A DNA stretch of 64,000 nt from an uncultured Eubacteriales bacterium (GTDB lineage Bacteria; Bacillota; Clostridia; RUG12999). Of the stretch, positions 10,026 through 19,941 are shown piece after piece. The stretch covers positions 12,751 to 76,750 of the forward strand of contig CAZQDP010000001.1 in assembly GCA_964592375.1 (NCBI GenBank), read 5' to 3'. The notes under the pieces are model-generated. The model was not told where the DNA came from, made no database searches, and worked only from the letters and a program-made list of their open reading frames with translations. The first letter of the stretch is position 1, and every line of letters begins with the position of its first letter. Position numbers and translations under genes: made by a program.

Positions 10026-10439
10026 ATGGCGGACAACAGTATTAAGGATTTAATTACAGGAGCAATGCAGTCTATCAAGGAAATGGTAGATGTCAACAAT
10101 GTCATCGGCGAGGCAGTAACCACTCCGGATGGCACCGTGATTATCCCAGTAGCAAAGGTAACCTGCGGATTTGGCGCAAGCGGTTTTGAAATGGCCGCAA
10201 AAATGAACAATGTGGGCCAGCCTTATCCTTTTGGCGGCGGCAGCGGTGGTGGTCTTTCCATAGAACCTATCGCATTTCTTGTTGTGTCCGGTGGCAATGT
10301 GCGGCTTATTCCTGCTGCAAATTCAACGGATGTGGTCAGTAAAATCATTGATGCTGTGCCGCCCATGGTGGACAAGCTAAATGATTACTTCACCAAGCAT
10401 TTCAAGAAGGAAAAGAGTGAAAATGCGGAGGAAAAGTAG
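10026..10439 (+). CDS. GerW/YtfJ family sporulation protein
   Basis: It shows the family hallmarks VIGEAVTTPDGTVIIPVAKV... and a GGGSGGG...IEPIAFLVV region. Confidence 0.75.
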   Translation: MADNSIKDLITGAMQSIKEMVDVNNVIGEAVTTPDGTVIIPVAKVTCGFGASGFEMAAKMNNVGQPYPFGGGSGGGLSIEPIAFLVVSGGNVRLIPAANSTDVVSKIIDAVPPMVDKLNDYFTKHFKKEKSENAEEK

Positions 10440-10562
10440 GAAAGAGGGCTTTCCAAAATGCATTGAATGATTATCCCATTTTGGGTGAATATTTTAAGTC
10501 TGCATGCATATATTGTTGTGTAATAGACTACAATCATTCGTGCTACTTGCACGGTAAAAGGA

Positions 10563-11714
10563 ATGGAGATCATATTGAAAAAAACATTTTTTTTATTATT
10601 ACCGATGATGCTTTTATTCCAAAGCTCTCCTTCCTATGCGATGGATCTTTCTGCGGCGCAAGCGGCAGTTTGTATGGATGCGCAGACGGGAAGAGTAATT
10701 TTGGAACAGAATGCACATATGAAGCTTGGCATGGCAAGCACAACAAAAGTAATGACCGGTATTATTGCAGTTGAGCATGGAGAATTACAGGAAATCGTAA
10801 CAGTCGGTAAAAATGCCCAGGGCGTGGAGGGCACATCCATTTATTTGGTGGAGGGTGAGCAGCAGACCATGGAAAACTTGGTCTATGGACTCATGCTGGA
10901 ATCGGGGAATGATGCAGCGGTAGCCATAGCTGAGCATATTTCGGGTACTTGCGAGCAGTTTGCAAAGCTCATGAACGAAAAGGCACAAAAAATCGGAGCA
11001 ATGAACACGAATTTTGTTAATCCCCACGGATTATATGATCCCATGCATTATACCACGGCATATGATTTGGCACTCATTTCAGCATATGCTATGAAGAATG
11101 ATACTTTTGCTAAAATTGCAAAAGCACCAAACTGCGCTATGCCATGGCCTGGGCACGACGGAAATAAGGTGTTCTACAACCGCAATCGTCTGCTTAATTT
11201 ATATGACGGATGCGATGGGGTAAAGCCCGGATACACGCCGGAAACAGGGCGAACGCTGGTAGGCTCGGCTACAAAAAATAACATGCGCATCATTACCGTT
11301 ACACTCAATTGCAGGGATGATTGGAATTTGCATTCCCGAATGCTTGACTATGCTTTTGCAAATTATAGACTGCTTGCGGTGGTTGAGAACAATAAAAACA
11401 GTGGCACAATACAAATTAAAGGTGGAAATGAATATGAAACCGCCCTTGTCACAAAGGGACGAGTGGATATATGCATAAAAAACGGAGAAAAGCCAAACAT
11501 TGAGATTGAATACGATATACCGAAATATGTATGGGCACCGGTAGCGTCAGGACGGATTGTGGGTTATGCCAATGTCAAAGCGGATGGCAACCCCATTGGT
11601 AGTGTTCCTTTGCTGGCCCAAGATAAAGTAGATAAAGAGATGAACCGCAATATTGTTTATAAAATGGTCGATTTTATAAAATCAATTTTTGCAGGAAGAG
11701 GAATAAACGCATGA
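10563..11714 (+). CDS. D-alanyl-D-alanine carboxypeptidase (DacB/DacF-like, sporulation-type low-molecular-weight PBP)
   Basis: It has a signal peptide and the active-site SxxK (MASTTKVMTG), SGN (ESGNDAA) and a KTG-like motif. It sits downstream of scpAB, as dacB does in Bacillus. Confidence 0.85.
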   Translation: MEIILKKTFFLLLPMMLLFQSSPSYAMDLSAAQAAVCMDAQTGRVILEQNAHMKLGMASTTKVMTGIIAVEHGELQEIVTVGKNAQGVEGTSIYLVEGEQQTMENLVYGLMLESGNDAAVAIAEHISGTCEQFAKLMNEKAQKIGAMNTNFVNPHGLYDPMHYTTAYDLALISAYAMKNDTFAKIAKAPNCAMPWPGHDGNKVFYNRNRLLNLYDGCDGVKPGYTPETGRTLVGSATKNNMRIITVTLNCRDDWNLHSRMLDYAFANYRLLAVVENNKNSGTIQIKGGNEYETALVTKGRVDICIKNGEKPNIEIEYDIPKYVWAPVASGRIVGYANVKADGNPIGSVPLLAQDKVDKEMNRNIVYKMVDFIKSIFAGRGINA

Positions 11715-12445
11715 ATGAAGAAATACGGTTGCAAAAATTTATATCCATGGCAGGAATTGCATCCAGGCGTCGTGCAGAGCAAATGATCTTACAAGGGCAG
11801 ATTAAGGTAAACGGCACTGTGGTAACGCAGATGGGCATTAAAATTAATCCAGATAGAGATGTAGTGGAAACGCAGGGCAAAAGAATTTTGGAAGAAAAAA
11901 AGAAATATTATATTATGCTCAATAAGCCTACGGGCTATATTACAAGCGCAAGCGATGATGTGGGCAGGCAAACGGTGATGGATTTATTAACAGATGTGCC
12001 CACGCGCGTGTATCCGGTGGGGAGGCTCGACTATCAAACGCAGGGAATGCTGCTTCTCACCAACGATGGCGAGTTCGCCCAAAGCGTAACGCATCCTTCG
12101 GGCATGCTGGGCAAAACCTATATTGCTCAGATTAAGGGCAGTGTTGCACCTGAAAAAATCAAAATTCTGCGTACAGGGGTAGACATAGGCGGATATAAAA
12201 CCGCACCGGCTCAGGCAGAGCTCCTTGGAGGAGATGAGCGTACATCAAAAGTGAAAATTACAATTTACGAAGGAAAAAATCTTCAGGTAAGGCGCATGTT
12301 TGATGCATTGGGGTATGAGGTGACATCGCTGATGCGCATTGCCATCGGTAGAGTGGAATTGGGCCATCTGGCGATGGGAAGATGGCGGCACATGAACAAG
12401 GCCGAGGTGGAAGCAATCAGAAAGGCGGCTGGCTTAGTTGTTTAA
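11711..12445 (+). CDS. rluB: 23S rRNA pseudouridine synthase (RsuA/RluB family)
   Basis: It has an N-terminal S4 domain (RLQKFISMAGIASRRRAEQMI) and the catalytic GRLDYQTQGMLLLTNDG motif. Confidence 0.85.
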   Translation: MNEEIRLQKFISMAGIASRRRAEQMILQGQIKVNGTVVTQMGIKINPDRDVVETQGKRILEEKKKYYIMLNKPTGYITSASDDVGRQTVMDLLTDVPTRVYPVGRLDYQTQGMLLLTNDGEFAQSVTHPSGMLGKTYIAQIKGSVAPEKIKILRTGVDIGGYKTAPAQAELLGGDERTSKVKITIYEGKNLQVRRMFDALGYEVTSLMRIAIGRVELGHLAMGRWRHMNKAEVEAIRKAAGLVV

Positions 12446-12794
12446 AATCAGTATTGTAAAACCGGATAAAATAGGGGAAGTTTGTGCGTACTTAGGCGTT
12501 TCCTATCACGGACTGCTCATGGCATGTGTTGAGGAAGGGAAAATCCTCGGAGCGGTGGGGTTTGATATCGTTTCCGGCATGGGGATGATTGAGCATATCA
12601 AAGCAGAGGAGGAAATGAAATCCATTGTTATTGCCGCCGCACTAAATTTTTTGGATATCAATGGCATTCGCATTGTGAAAACAAGCATTGCAAATGAAAC
12701 CGGATTTTTCGAAAAATTAGGATTTATAAGGCAAAACAGTGGCGGTGAGCTTGCACTTGATTTGGAAGGATATTTTGATGTGAAACATCATTAG
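12438..12794 (+). CDS. Hypothetical 118 aa protein, possibly a GNAT-like fragment
   Basis: The ORF overlaps the rluB stop by 8 nt. It has no strong motif; the C-terminal FFEKLGFI resembles the GNAT beta-strand that binds the acetyl-CoA pyrophosphate. Confidence 0.35.
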   Translation: MFKISIVKPDKIGEVCAYLGVSYHGLLMACVEEGKILGAVGFDIVSGMGMIEHIKAEEEMKSIVIAAALNFLDINGIRIVKTSIANETGFFEKLGFIRQNSGGELALDLEGYFDVKHH

Positions 12795-12875
12795 ATAAAA
12801 GGTTTGCACCATAAGAAAAATAAATATGGCATCTGCCATAGTTGCGCCGGAAAAACGTAAAGCAGGAGGTAGAGT

Positions 12876-13127
12876 ATGATTAATCAAGATACGTTGTGGT
12901 ACAGTGGAGAAGCGGACAAGGAGAATAAAACAAAAGAGATTATGGGTAAAATTTATCAAGCATTGACTGAGAAAGGGTATGATCCTGTCAACCAAATTGT
13001 TGGGTATATCATATCGGGAGATCCCACGTACATTACCAGCCACCAAGGTGCCCGTTCGCTCATCACCAAAATGGAGAGGGACGAGCTACTGGAGGAAATT
13101 GTAAAGAATTATTTAAAACAGTTCTAA
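12876..13127 (+). CDS. UPF0297/IreB family regulatory phosphoprotein
   Basis: 83 aa; the segment ...[38 protein letters not shown]... matches the DUF965/IreB family. Confidence 0.7.
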   Translation: MINQDTLWYSGEADKENKTKEIMGKIYQALTEKGYDPVNQIVGYIISGDPTYITSHQGARSLITKMERDELLEEIVKNYLKQF

Positions 13128-13236
13128 TAGGAGTATGCTCATTTTGAATAATCTTTCGCTCAGCGGCAATGGCACGGATAGGTTGTATGTGTACCGTTGC
13201 CTTTTCCTGCATAAAAATGTGTAGCGGAAACACAAA

Positions 13237-14598
13237 ATGCAAAGGGGTTTTGAAGACTTGAATATTGCAGAGTTTAAAAATTACATACAGAATAAAGAAG
13301 TAGCGGTCGTGGGTATTGGCGTGAGTAATATGCCGCTCATCCGATTTCTTTGCACTTGCGGTGCAAAGGTAACCGCGTTTGATAAGAAGGAAAATGATAA
13401 ACTGAGGGCGCTTCAAAAAGAAGGTATACCCACCTACGCAGGAGAGGACTACCTTGCGCATATCACGCAAGATATTGTCTATAAAAGTCCCGGAATTCGT
13501 CCCGACGCTGCGGAGCTTTTATCCATCCAAAAAAGAGGCGGCATTATTACCTCGGAGATGGAGACTTTTTTTGCGCTTTGTCCGGCTAAAATCATTGGTG
13601 TTACAGGCAGTGACGGCAAAACAACCACAACAACGCTTATCTATACCATGCTCAAAGCCGCAGGGTATACCTGCCACCTTGGTGGCAATATCGGGCGCCC
13701 TCTGATTGAGGACATTGAAAAAATCAGTGCAGAGGACACTGTGGTCGTGGAGTTATCCAGCTTTCAGCTCTTTACCATGAAAAAAAGCCCTGCCATATCG
13801 GTGATTACCAATTTATCACCCAATCATTTGGATTATCATCTGTCCATGGAGGAGTATGTGGATGCAAAAAAGAATATTTTTCTTCATCAAGGACCCATGG
13901 AACGATTAATTTTAAATGCCGACAATGCACTTACCTGCTCGCTTGCAAACCTTTCAAACGGTGAGGTGGTGATGTTCTCCAAAGAGCCAATGGAAAAGGG
14001 TGTATCACTTCATAATGGGTATATTTGTGCAAACGAAAAGAAGATTGTCAATATAAAAGACATCAAAATTCCCGGGATGCATAATGTGGAAAATATGATG
14101 GCGGCCATTGCGGCGGTGATGGACATGGTTCCTGCGCAAATCATGGAGGAAGTGGCAAAAACCTTTGGCGGCGTACCGCACAGAATTGAGCTGGTACGAG
14201 AAATAAATGGTGTGAAGTACTATAACAGCTCCATCGATTCCAGCCCAAATCGCACCAAAAATACACTCGCTGTGTTTAAACAAAAGGTCATTTTAATTGC
14301 AGGCGGCAAGGACAAGGGGATTTCATATGATGAAATCGGGCCAATCATTCGGGATAAGGTGAAAACATTAATATTAATCGGGGATACTGCAAAGCAAATT
14401 GAACAGGCGGTGCAAAGCGCCGGAGGCATGGCGGAAATCATTCATTGCAAAACCTACGACGAGGTTGTAAGTTGTGCGCAGCGCATCGCAAAAAGTGGCG
14501 ATATCGTTGTACTCTCACCTGCCAGCACAAGCTTTGATATGTTCAAAAACTTCGAAGAGCGGGGCGATTTATTTAAAGAGCTTGTCGGCCGCTTGTGA
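13237..14598 (+). CDS. murD: UDP-N-acetylmuramoyl-L-alanine--D-glutamate ligase
   Basis: It has an N-terminal Rossmann fold (VAVVGIGVSNMP) and the Mur ligase P-loop GVTGSDGKTTTTT. At 453 aa it is MurD-sized. Confidence 0.8.
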   Translation: MQRGFEDLNIAEFKNYIQNKEVAVVGIGVSNMPLIRFLCTCGAKVTAFDKKENDKLRALQKEGIPTYAGEDYLAHITQDIVYKSPGIRPDAAELLSIQKRGGIITSEMETFFALCPAKIIGVTGSDGKTTTTTLIYTMLKAAGYTCHLGGNIGRPLIEDIEKISAEDTVVVELSSFQLFTMKKSPAISVITNLSPNHLDYHLSMEEYVDAKKNIFLHQGPMERLILNADNALTCSLANLSNGEVVMFSKEPMEKGVSLHNGYICANEKKIVNIKDIKIPGMHNVENMMAAIAAVMDMVPAQIMEEVAKTFGGVPHRIELVREINGVKYYNSSIDSSPNRTKNTLAVFKQKVILIAGGKDKGISYDEIGPIIRDKVKTLILIGDTAKQIEQAVQSAGGMAEIIHCKTYDEVVSCAQRIAKSGDIVVLSPASTSFDMFKNFEERGDLFKELVGRL

Positions 14599-14624
14599 TA
14601 AATAATATAAAGGATGACATTTAA

Positions 14625-15659
14625 ATGGATGATTTACTAAAGAAGCTTTGCGCTCTGCCGGCTATCTCGGGATTTGAGTATCTGGGAAATGCAGGGATGG
14701 AGGAAATTTTCATCTCTTGCCTGAGCGAGGTAAAAACGGACAGGCAGGGCAATGTAACGGGATATCGCCGTTGTGGCAAAAAGAATGCGTCGCTTGTTTT
14801 ACTGGATGCACATAGGGACACCATCGGACTTTTGGTGAAAGATATAGATGAAAAGGGTTTTTTGCGTTTTGTATCCATCGGTGGGATTGACCCACGCACC
14901 CTTGTAGGTGCACAGGTGAGTATATGGGGGAAGCAAAAGATTTGCGGTGTGATTGGAAGTTTGCCGCCGCACATTTTAAATGGAGATGAAATGAAACGCG
15001 CCTTTGCGATAGATGAACTTGCAATTGATACGGGCTTCTCCAAAGATGCGCTTGCGGAAATTGTGCAAGTAGGAGACATGATCTCCTTTGAATGCGAACC
15101 GATAAGGATGCAAAATTGCATAAGCGGCAGTGGATTGGACAATAGGGCGGGACTTCTCACAATCCTGCTTTGTATCGAGCAGCTTTCCGATAAAGCGCTG
15201 GATGTAGATATTTGCGTACTTGCCTCCGCCAAGGAGGAAACCGGAAGAATAGGGGCAAAAACGGCTGCATACAGCATCGCGCCCGATATGGCCGTGGTAC
15301 TTGACGTCACCCACGGGAAAACGCCGGATGGAATGGAAGGCCGCAGTTTTCAAATTGGAGATGGGCTTGCTATCTGCAAGGGGCCGGTTCTCAGTCGTCA
15401 TTATACAAATGCAATGATTGATATTGCAAAAAAACATGACATCCCGTATCAAATTGAGGTGGAAGCAGGGGACACCGGCACGAACGCCAGCGCAATTGAT
15501 TTAACCGGCAAGGGCGTGCCTTGTGTGATGGTGTCCATACCGCTTCGATATATGCATACCGGTGTGGAAACGCTTCATCCCACCGATGTGCAAAATGCGG
15601 CAAGCTTATTATCTAAATTCTTAGAGGAATTTAGCAAAAAGGAGATGCCCTATGCTTGA
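14625..15659 (+). CDS. M42 family glutamyl aminopeptidase / TET peptidase, paralog 1
   Basis: It has the HRDTIG and LDNRAG motifs and a metal-binding Asp/Glu pattern typical of FrvX/CelM/YsdC. Confidence 0.8.
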   Translation: MDDLLKKLCALPAISGFEYLGNAGMEEIFISCLSEVKTDRQGNVTGYRRCGKKNASLVLLDAHRDTIGLLVKDIDEKGFLRFVSIGGIDPRTLVGAQVSIWGKQKICGVIGSLPPHILNGDEMKRAFAIDELAIDTGFSKDALAEIVQVGDMISFECEPIRMQNCISGSGLDNRAGLLTILLCIEQLSDKALDVDICVLASAKEETGRIGAKTAAYSIAPDMAVVLDVTHGKTPDGMEGRSFQIGDGLAICKGPVLSRHYTNAMIDIAKKHDIPYQIEVEAGDTGTNASAIDLTGKGVPCVMVSIPLRYMHTGVETLHPTDVQNAASLLSKFLEEFSKKEMPYA

Positions 15660-16665
15660 GATGCTATGTAATGCGATGGGGGTATCCGGTGACGAGGATG
15701 AGGTAAGAGAAATCATTTATCAAAGCATTAAACCTTACTGCCATTCTATTTTGACGGACAATATCGGCAACCTGATTGCATTTAAAAAAGGAAAAAATAG
15801 CAGCAAAAAAATAATGCTTTGCGCCCATATGGACGAGGTAGGATTGATTATCAAAAGAGTGACGGACGGCGGATACATTAAGTTTGAATGTGTCGGCGGA
15901 ATTGACGGACGCATATTGCCCGGCAAACGCGTGATTGTGGGTAAAAGCAGACTTGCCGGAGTCATCGGGATCAAAGCGGTGCATATGACTACGCAAGAGG
16001 AGAGAAAAACCGTGCCAAAGGCGGACGAGCTGTATATTGACATTGGCGCAAAATCGAAAGAAGAAGCAATGAGTTTGGTGGAACTTGGTGACTATATCAT
16101 GTTTGACAGTCCGATGAGGGAAATTGGAGACGGCAAAATCATGAGCAAGGCACTGGATAATCGGGTAGGTTGCAATATTCTCATGGAACTGCTAAAAGAG
16201 GACTTTGACAATGATATATATGCATGCTTTACCGTGCAGGAGGAAATAGGACTCAGAGGTGCAACCGTTGCAGCTGCTGCGATAAATGCGGATATCGCCA
16301 TCATACTCGAAACCACAATATGTGCAGATATTTATGATACGCCCCCTCACCTAGAGGTTACAACCCTTGGGGGTGGTCCGGCACTGTCCATGATGGAACG
16401 CACATCTTATTCAGACAGAAAATTGGTTCGATTTATAAAAGAAACAGCAAAAAACATGGGTATACCATGCCAATACAAACGCACAGGAATGGGAGGCAAT
16501 GAGGCAGGAGCTGTGCAAGTATCCGGCACCGGTGCTACGAGCGCAGTTATTTCTGTGCCTTGTCGGTATATCCACAGTCCGGTGAGTGTCATCGATAAAA
16601 ATGACTATCATCACACGTTGATGCTGGCAAAGCAGGTGCTTTGCACAATGGATAGGTTAGAATAA
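15652..16665 (+). CDS. M42 family aminopeptidase, paralog 2
   Basis: It has AHMDEVG, ALDNRVGC and TVQEEIGLRGA, and overlaps the stop of paralog 1. Confidence 0.8.
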   Translation: MLEMLCNAMGVSGDEDEVREIIYQSIKPYCHSILTDNIGNLIAFKKGKNSSKKIMLCAHMDEVGLIIKRVTDGGYIKFECVGGIDGRILPGKRVIVGKSRLAGVIGIKAVHMTTQEERKTVPKADELYIDIGAKSKEEAMSLVELGDYIMFDSPMREIGDGKIMSKALDNRVGCNILMELLKEDFDNDIYACFTVQEEIGLRGATVAAAAINADIAIILETTICADIYDTPPHLEVTTLGGGPALSMMERTSYSDRKLVRFIKETAKNMGIPCQYKRTGMGGNEAGAVQVSGTGATSAVISVPCRYIHSPVSVIDKNDYHHTLMLAKQVLCTMDRLE

Positions 16666-16733
16666 TTGCCAAAGGGAATGGAACAATCACCTTTGGGTCT
16701 GCAAAGCAAAAAATGGGAAGGAATGGGTTGCCA

Positions 16734-17720
16734 ATGAAGGAGCTCTTAAAAATGCTGAGCGGGGCCTTTGGCCCATCGGGAAATGAAGAAGAAATTCGCG
16801 CGGTTATTCAAAAGGAAATTGAAGGCTGCGGCGAGATTTTCACGGATACTTTGGGGAATTTGATATGCCATATCAAAGGCGAAGGACCAAAGCTCTTGTT
16901 TGCCGCACATATGGATGAAATCGGACTTGTGGTGACTTTTATTGAAGAGGATGGTTTTTTGCGCTTTGCGCCTATCGGCGGCGTTCGTGCCCATACTATT
17001 TTGCACAGCAGGGTGCTGTTAGAAGGTGGCGCTCGCGGCATTGTAAGTTTAGGCGAAAAAAAAGAAGCGAAAGATGCAAAAATTTCGGATATGTTTATTG
17101 ATATTGGCGCAAAAGACCGTGCGCATGCCATGGAAACGGTGGATATTGGTCATTCGGGGGTATTTGAGGGCGCCTTTTCAGAGATTGGTTGCTTTGTGAG
17201 CGCAAAGGCCTTAGACAATCGGGTCGGTTGCGCAGTGCTAATCGATACCATACGCAGAGTGAAAAAAAGCCCCAATGATTTATATTTTGTATTTACCGTT
17301 CAGGAAGAGGTAGGTCTTCGTGGAGCAGCCCCGGCTGCATTTGCGATTGAACCGGATTATGCCATCGCAGTAGATATTACCTCTTGCGCAGGCGTTCCAG
17401 ACGGCCATAGGCTCCCTCAAAAATCTGGAAAAGGCCCTGCCATTAAAATCAAAGATGCACGTACCATTACTCATCCTAAAGTCAAAGAGCTTCTTATCAA
17501 AGCCGCCAATGCTGCCGACGTGCAATTTCAGTATGAAATTCTCGAAGTAGGCGGCACGGATGCAGGTGCGTTTGCGTCTGTCAAAGCAGGCATTGCATCG
17601 GGTGCGCTGTCTATTCCGCTCAAATATGTGCATTCTCCTTGTGAGATGGTGCATATGGAGGATGTCGTAAATACCGCAAAAATTCTTCTTGCGGTAGCTT
17701 CAATGGGGATAGAGGAATAG
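16734..17720 (+). CDS. M42 family aminopeptidase, paralog 3
   Basis: It has AHMDEIG, ALDNRVGC and TVQEEVGLRGA. The start at 16734 is chosen by RBS spacing; the ORF is open from 16713. Confidence 0.8.
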   Translation: MKELLKMLSGAFGPSGNEEEIRAVIQKEIEGCGEIFTDTLGNLICHIKGEGPKLLFAAHMDEIGLVVTFIEEDGFLRFAPIGGVRAHTILHSRVLLEGGARGIVSLGEKKEAKDAKISDMFIDIGAKDRAHAMETVDIGHSGVFEGAFSEIGCFVSAKALDNRVGCAVLIDTIRRVKKSPNDLYFVFTVQEEVGLRGAAPAAFAIEPDYAIAVDITSCAGVPDGHRLPQKSGKGPAIKIKDARTITHPKVKELLIKAANAADVQFQYEILEVGGTDAGAFASVKAGIASGALSIPLKYVHSPCEMVHMEDVVNTAKILLAVASMGIEE

Positions 17721-17742
17721 AAAAAAGTCTTTTCAATAGAAT

Positions 17743-18765
17743 TTAAATTTGGCGGCGAAGAAGCGCACGAATTTGCACTTCATTTCCCATGGATGGAATG
17801 CCGCCTCTTTTCATTGCGGCAAAGCTTCCGCTCGCACTTGCAAAAGAGGCTACCATATCGGCCTCGGACTGCGTGATTGTGTGTGGTGAAATATCATTTT
17901 GAATGAGCGCAAATAGTGCGCCGCCCAAAAATGCATCGCCACATCCAGTGGTATCCACAACGGGGACATCAATTGCAGGAAAATTTCCTTCAATGCCGTT
18001 ATTCGCAAGAACCATGCAGCCTTCCGGCCCCTTGGTCACAAACATCAGTGCATTTCTATATTCCTGGCGCAAGGTTCGGCTATTTTCAAGCAAATTGCCA
18101 CTGCCACATAAAAATGCAACTTCTTCATCGGAAATTTTCACGATATCGGACATGGATAGTCCTTTTAGAATAACTCGCTTTGCCTCCTCCTTGCTGTCCC
18201 ATAATGCAAGGCGTAAATTAGGATCAAATGATATAAGAGCGCCCTTTTGCTTTGCAAGTGCAACTGCCGCTATATTTGCATCATAAGCGCATGTACTTGT
18301 CATTGCCACAGTGCTAAAATGAAAGATTTTTGCATCGGTGATATGTGATATATCGGTATTTTCTTTCGATAAATTTGCATCCGCTCCCGGTTTTCGGTAA
18401 AAGCTGAAGCTTCTACCGCCTTTTTCGTCCAAATGTACAAACGCAAGCGTGGTATGTACCTCCGGGTCAACAGATAGGGCATGGGTATCAATTTTTAGTT
18501 TTTCAAGCGTTCCTTTTAAAAAAGTACCAAATGCATCATTGCCTACTCTGCCTGCAAATGCACACGATAATCCTAAACGACTGCATGAAGATAACATATT
18601 CGGAGGGCCTCCGCCGGGATTTTGCTCATAGAGCACATGGCCCATATCGGACAGACCAACAGGGGTGAAATCAATTAAAATCTCGCCGATGGCGGATACA
18701 TCATACATGTTTTTCATCCTCATTTCGCATCTTTTTTCCAATGTGCTAGGTTCAGTACATTTCAA
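17743..18765 (-). CDS. PfkB family carbohydrate kinase (fructokinase/ribokinase-like)
   Basis: It has the PfkB signature DTTGCGDAF near the C-terminus and an N-terminal GG dipeptide region; 340 aa. Confidence 0.8.
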   Translation of the reverse strand: MKCTEPSTLEKRCEMRMKNMYDVSAIGEILIDFTPVGLSDMGHVLYEQNPGGGPPNMLSSCSRLGLSCAFAGRVGNDAFGTFLKGTLEKLKIDTHALSVDPEVHTTLAFVHLDEKGGRSFSFYRKPGADANLSKENTDISHITDAKIFHFSTVAMTSTCAYDANIAAVALAKQKGALISFDPNLRLALWDSKEEAKRVILKGLSMSDIVKISDEEVAFLCGSGNLLENSRTLRQEYRNALMFVTKGPEGCMVLANNGIEGNFPAIDVPVVDTTGCGDAFLGGALFALIQNDISPHTITQSEADMVASFASASGSFAAMKRGGIPSMGNEVQIRALLRRQI

Positions 18766-19687
18766 GCGTTTGAATTAGCAGTTGCTCTTGAAGATGCAGG
18801 AGGGAATCGATATGTTCAAGGTAGCGTTTTTTCATGTTATTAACGTATCCTACAGTGTTCGGATCTTCAAGGCAAGAGGTGATTTTCTCTTTCTTCTGGG
18901 CAAGCGTAAGGCTATTTTGCTTCGTGGTTTCATATAAAAAATTCCATTCAATAAATGCAATGCCTCTGAGAATTTGCTCCGTATTGAAGCGTAGTAGATT
19001 TTTTTCTAAGAGCGTAATCTGTTTGTGTACATCAATTGTTTCAATCATGCCAAGCTGGTACATAAACACCTGCGCCATGACGTGATGCCCCATGTCAGTT
19101 GGATGCACCCTATCCTCACCGATAACGTTGATATTTCCTTCTTTCAAGTAACCTTTTAGCGCCGCACCAAAGTCAATCAGCTCGCAGTGATACTGTGACG
19201 CTATTTCACGAAGCTGTGTGGCGCATTTTTGAAGGCCCACGTCGCACATGAGGTTTTCGGCCGGAACATCACTGATTTCATCATAGGGTGTCGGAGTACA
19301 TAGGATGACCTTCGCACCGATGCTGTGGCATTTTTCCACTATTTCCGTGATGCTTTTTCGATATGTATCTATTCTCTCTTGCATTTCTTCTTCTTTATTT
19401 TCAGATATATAATTTGGTGAATATAGCGTTCTGCCCACATCATTCATTCCAAAAGCCACCACCACATATCTTGGAAACCATTGCAGTGCATCCACATATA
19501 TTCTGCTAAGTGACCGCGTAGCAGAATCGCCTGCTACGCCACAATTGAACAGTTTGATTTTCTTGTGGTTGTACTCTTGGCAAAATACTTCGAAAATATT
19601 GCGTATCCATCCACCACTCGCCGTGATGCTATCGCCAAAAAAGCAAATTCTATCATCCGTTTGCAGTGACTGTATCAAGTTTTCCAT
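18752..19687 (-). CDS. SGNH/GDSL hydrolase family protein
   Basis: It has the N-terminal ICFFGDSIT (GDS(L) block I) and a later DGVHP (DxxH) block, and overlaps the pfkB start by 14 nt. Confidence 0.7.
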   Translation of the reverse strand: MENLIQSLQTDDRICFFGDSITASGGWIRNIFEVFCQEYNHKKIKLFNCGVAGDSATRSLSRIYVDALQWFPRYVVVAFGMNDVGRTLYSPNYISENKEEEMQERIDTYRKSITEIVEKCHSIGAKVILCTPTPYDEISDVPAENLMCDVGLQKCATQLREIASQYHCELIDFGAALKGYLKEGNINVIGEDRVHPTDMGHHVMAQVFMYQLGMIETIDVHKQITLLEKNLLRFNTEQILRGIAFIEWNFLYETTKQNSLTLAQKKEKITSCLEDPNTVGYVNNMKKRYLEHIDSLLHLQEQLLIQTLEMY

Positions 19688-19941
19688 TCACATGCCTCTT
19701 TTCTTCATAAAGTATTAATCCATTGCATCACTTCTATCACAATGAATTTTATTTATTATATACATTATAAAAAAATATGTCAATCTTTCACGTATAAAAA
19801 ACAGATTGCATATTTGATAGTGCGCGAAGAAAAAGAGTGTAAAATTGGGCAGAACTTCAACATTTTACCTTTACATCAAAGGCATCCTATGGTATAATAT
19901 TTTAAAATTAACTTTTTTCGTTGTAAAAGAAAGGGCTAAAC

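Noticed and set aside
13128-13236. Imperfect hairpin (GGCAATGGCAC...GTACCGTTGCC + CTTTTCC) after the IreB-like gene
   Set aside because: It could be a weak terminator. However the stem has a mismatch and a wobble with a 15-nt loop and a poor U-tract, so it is only weakly supported.
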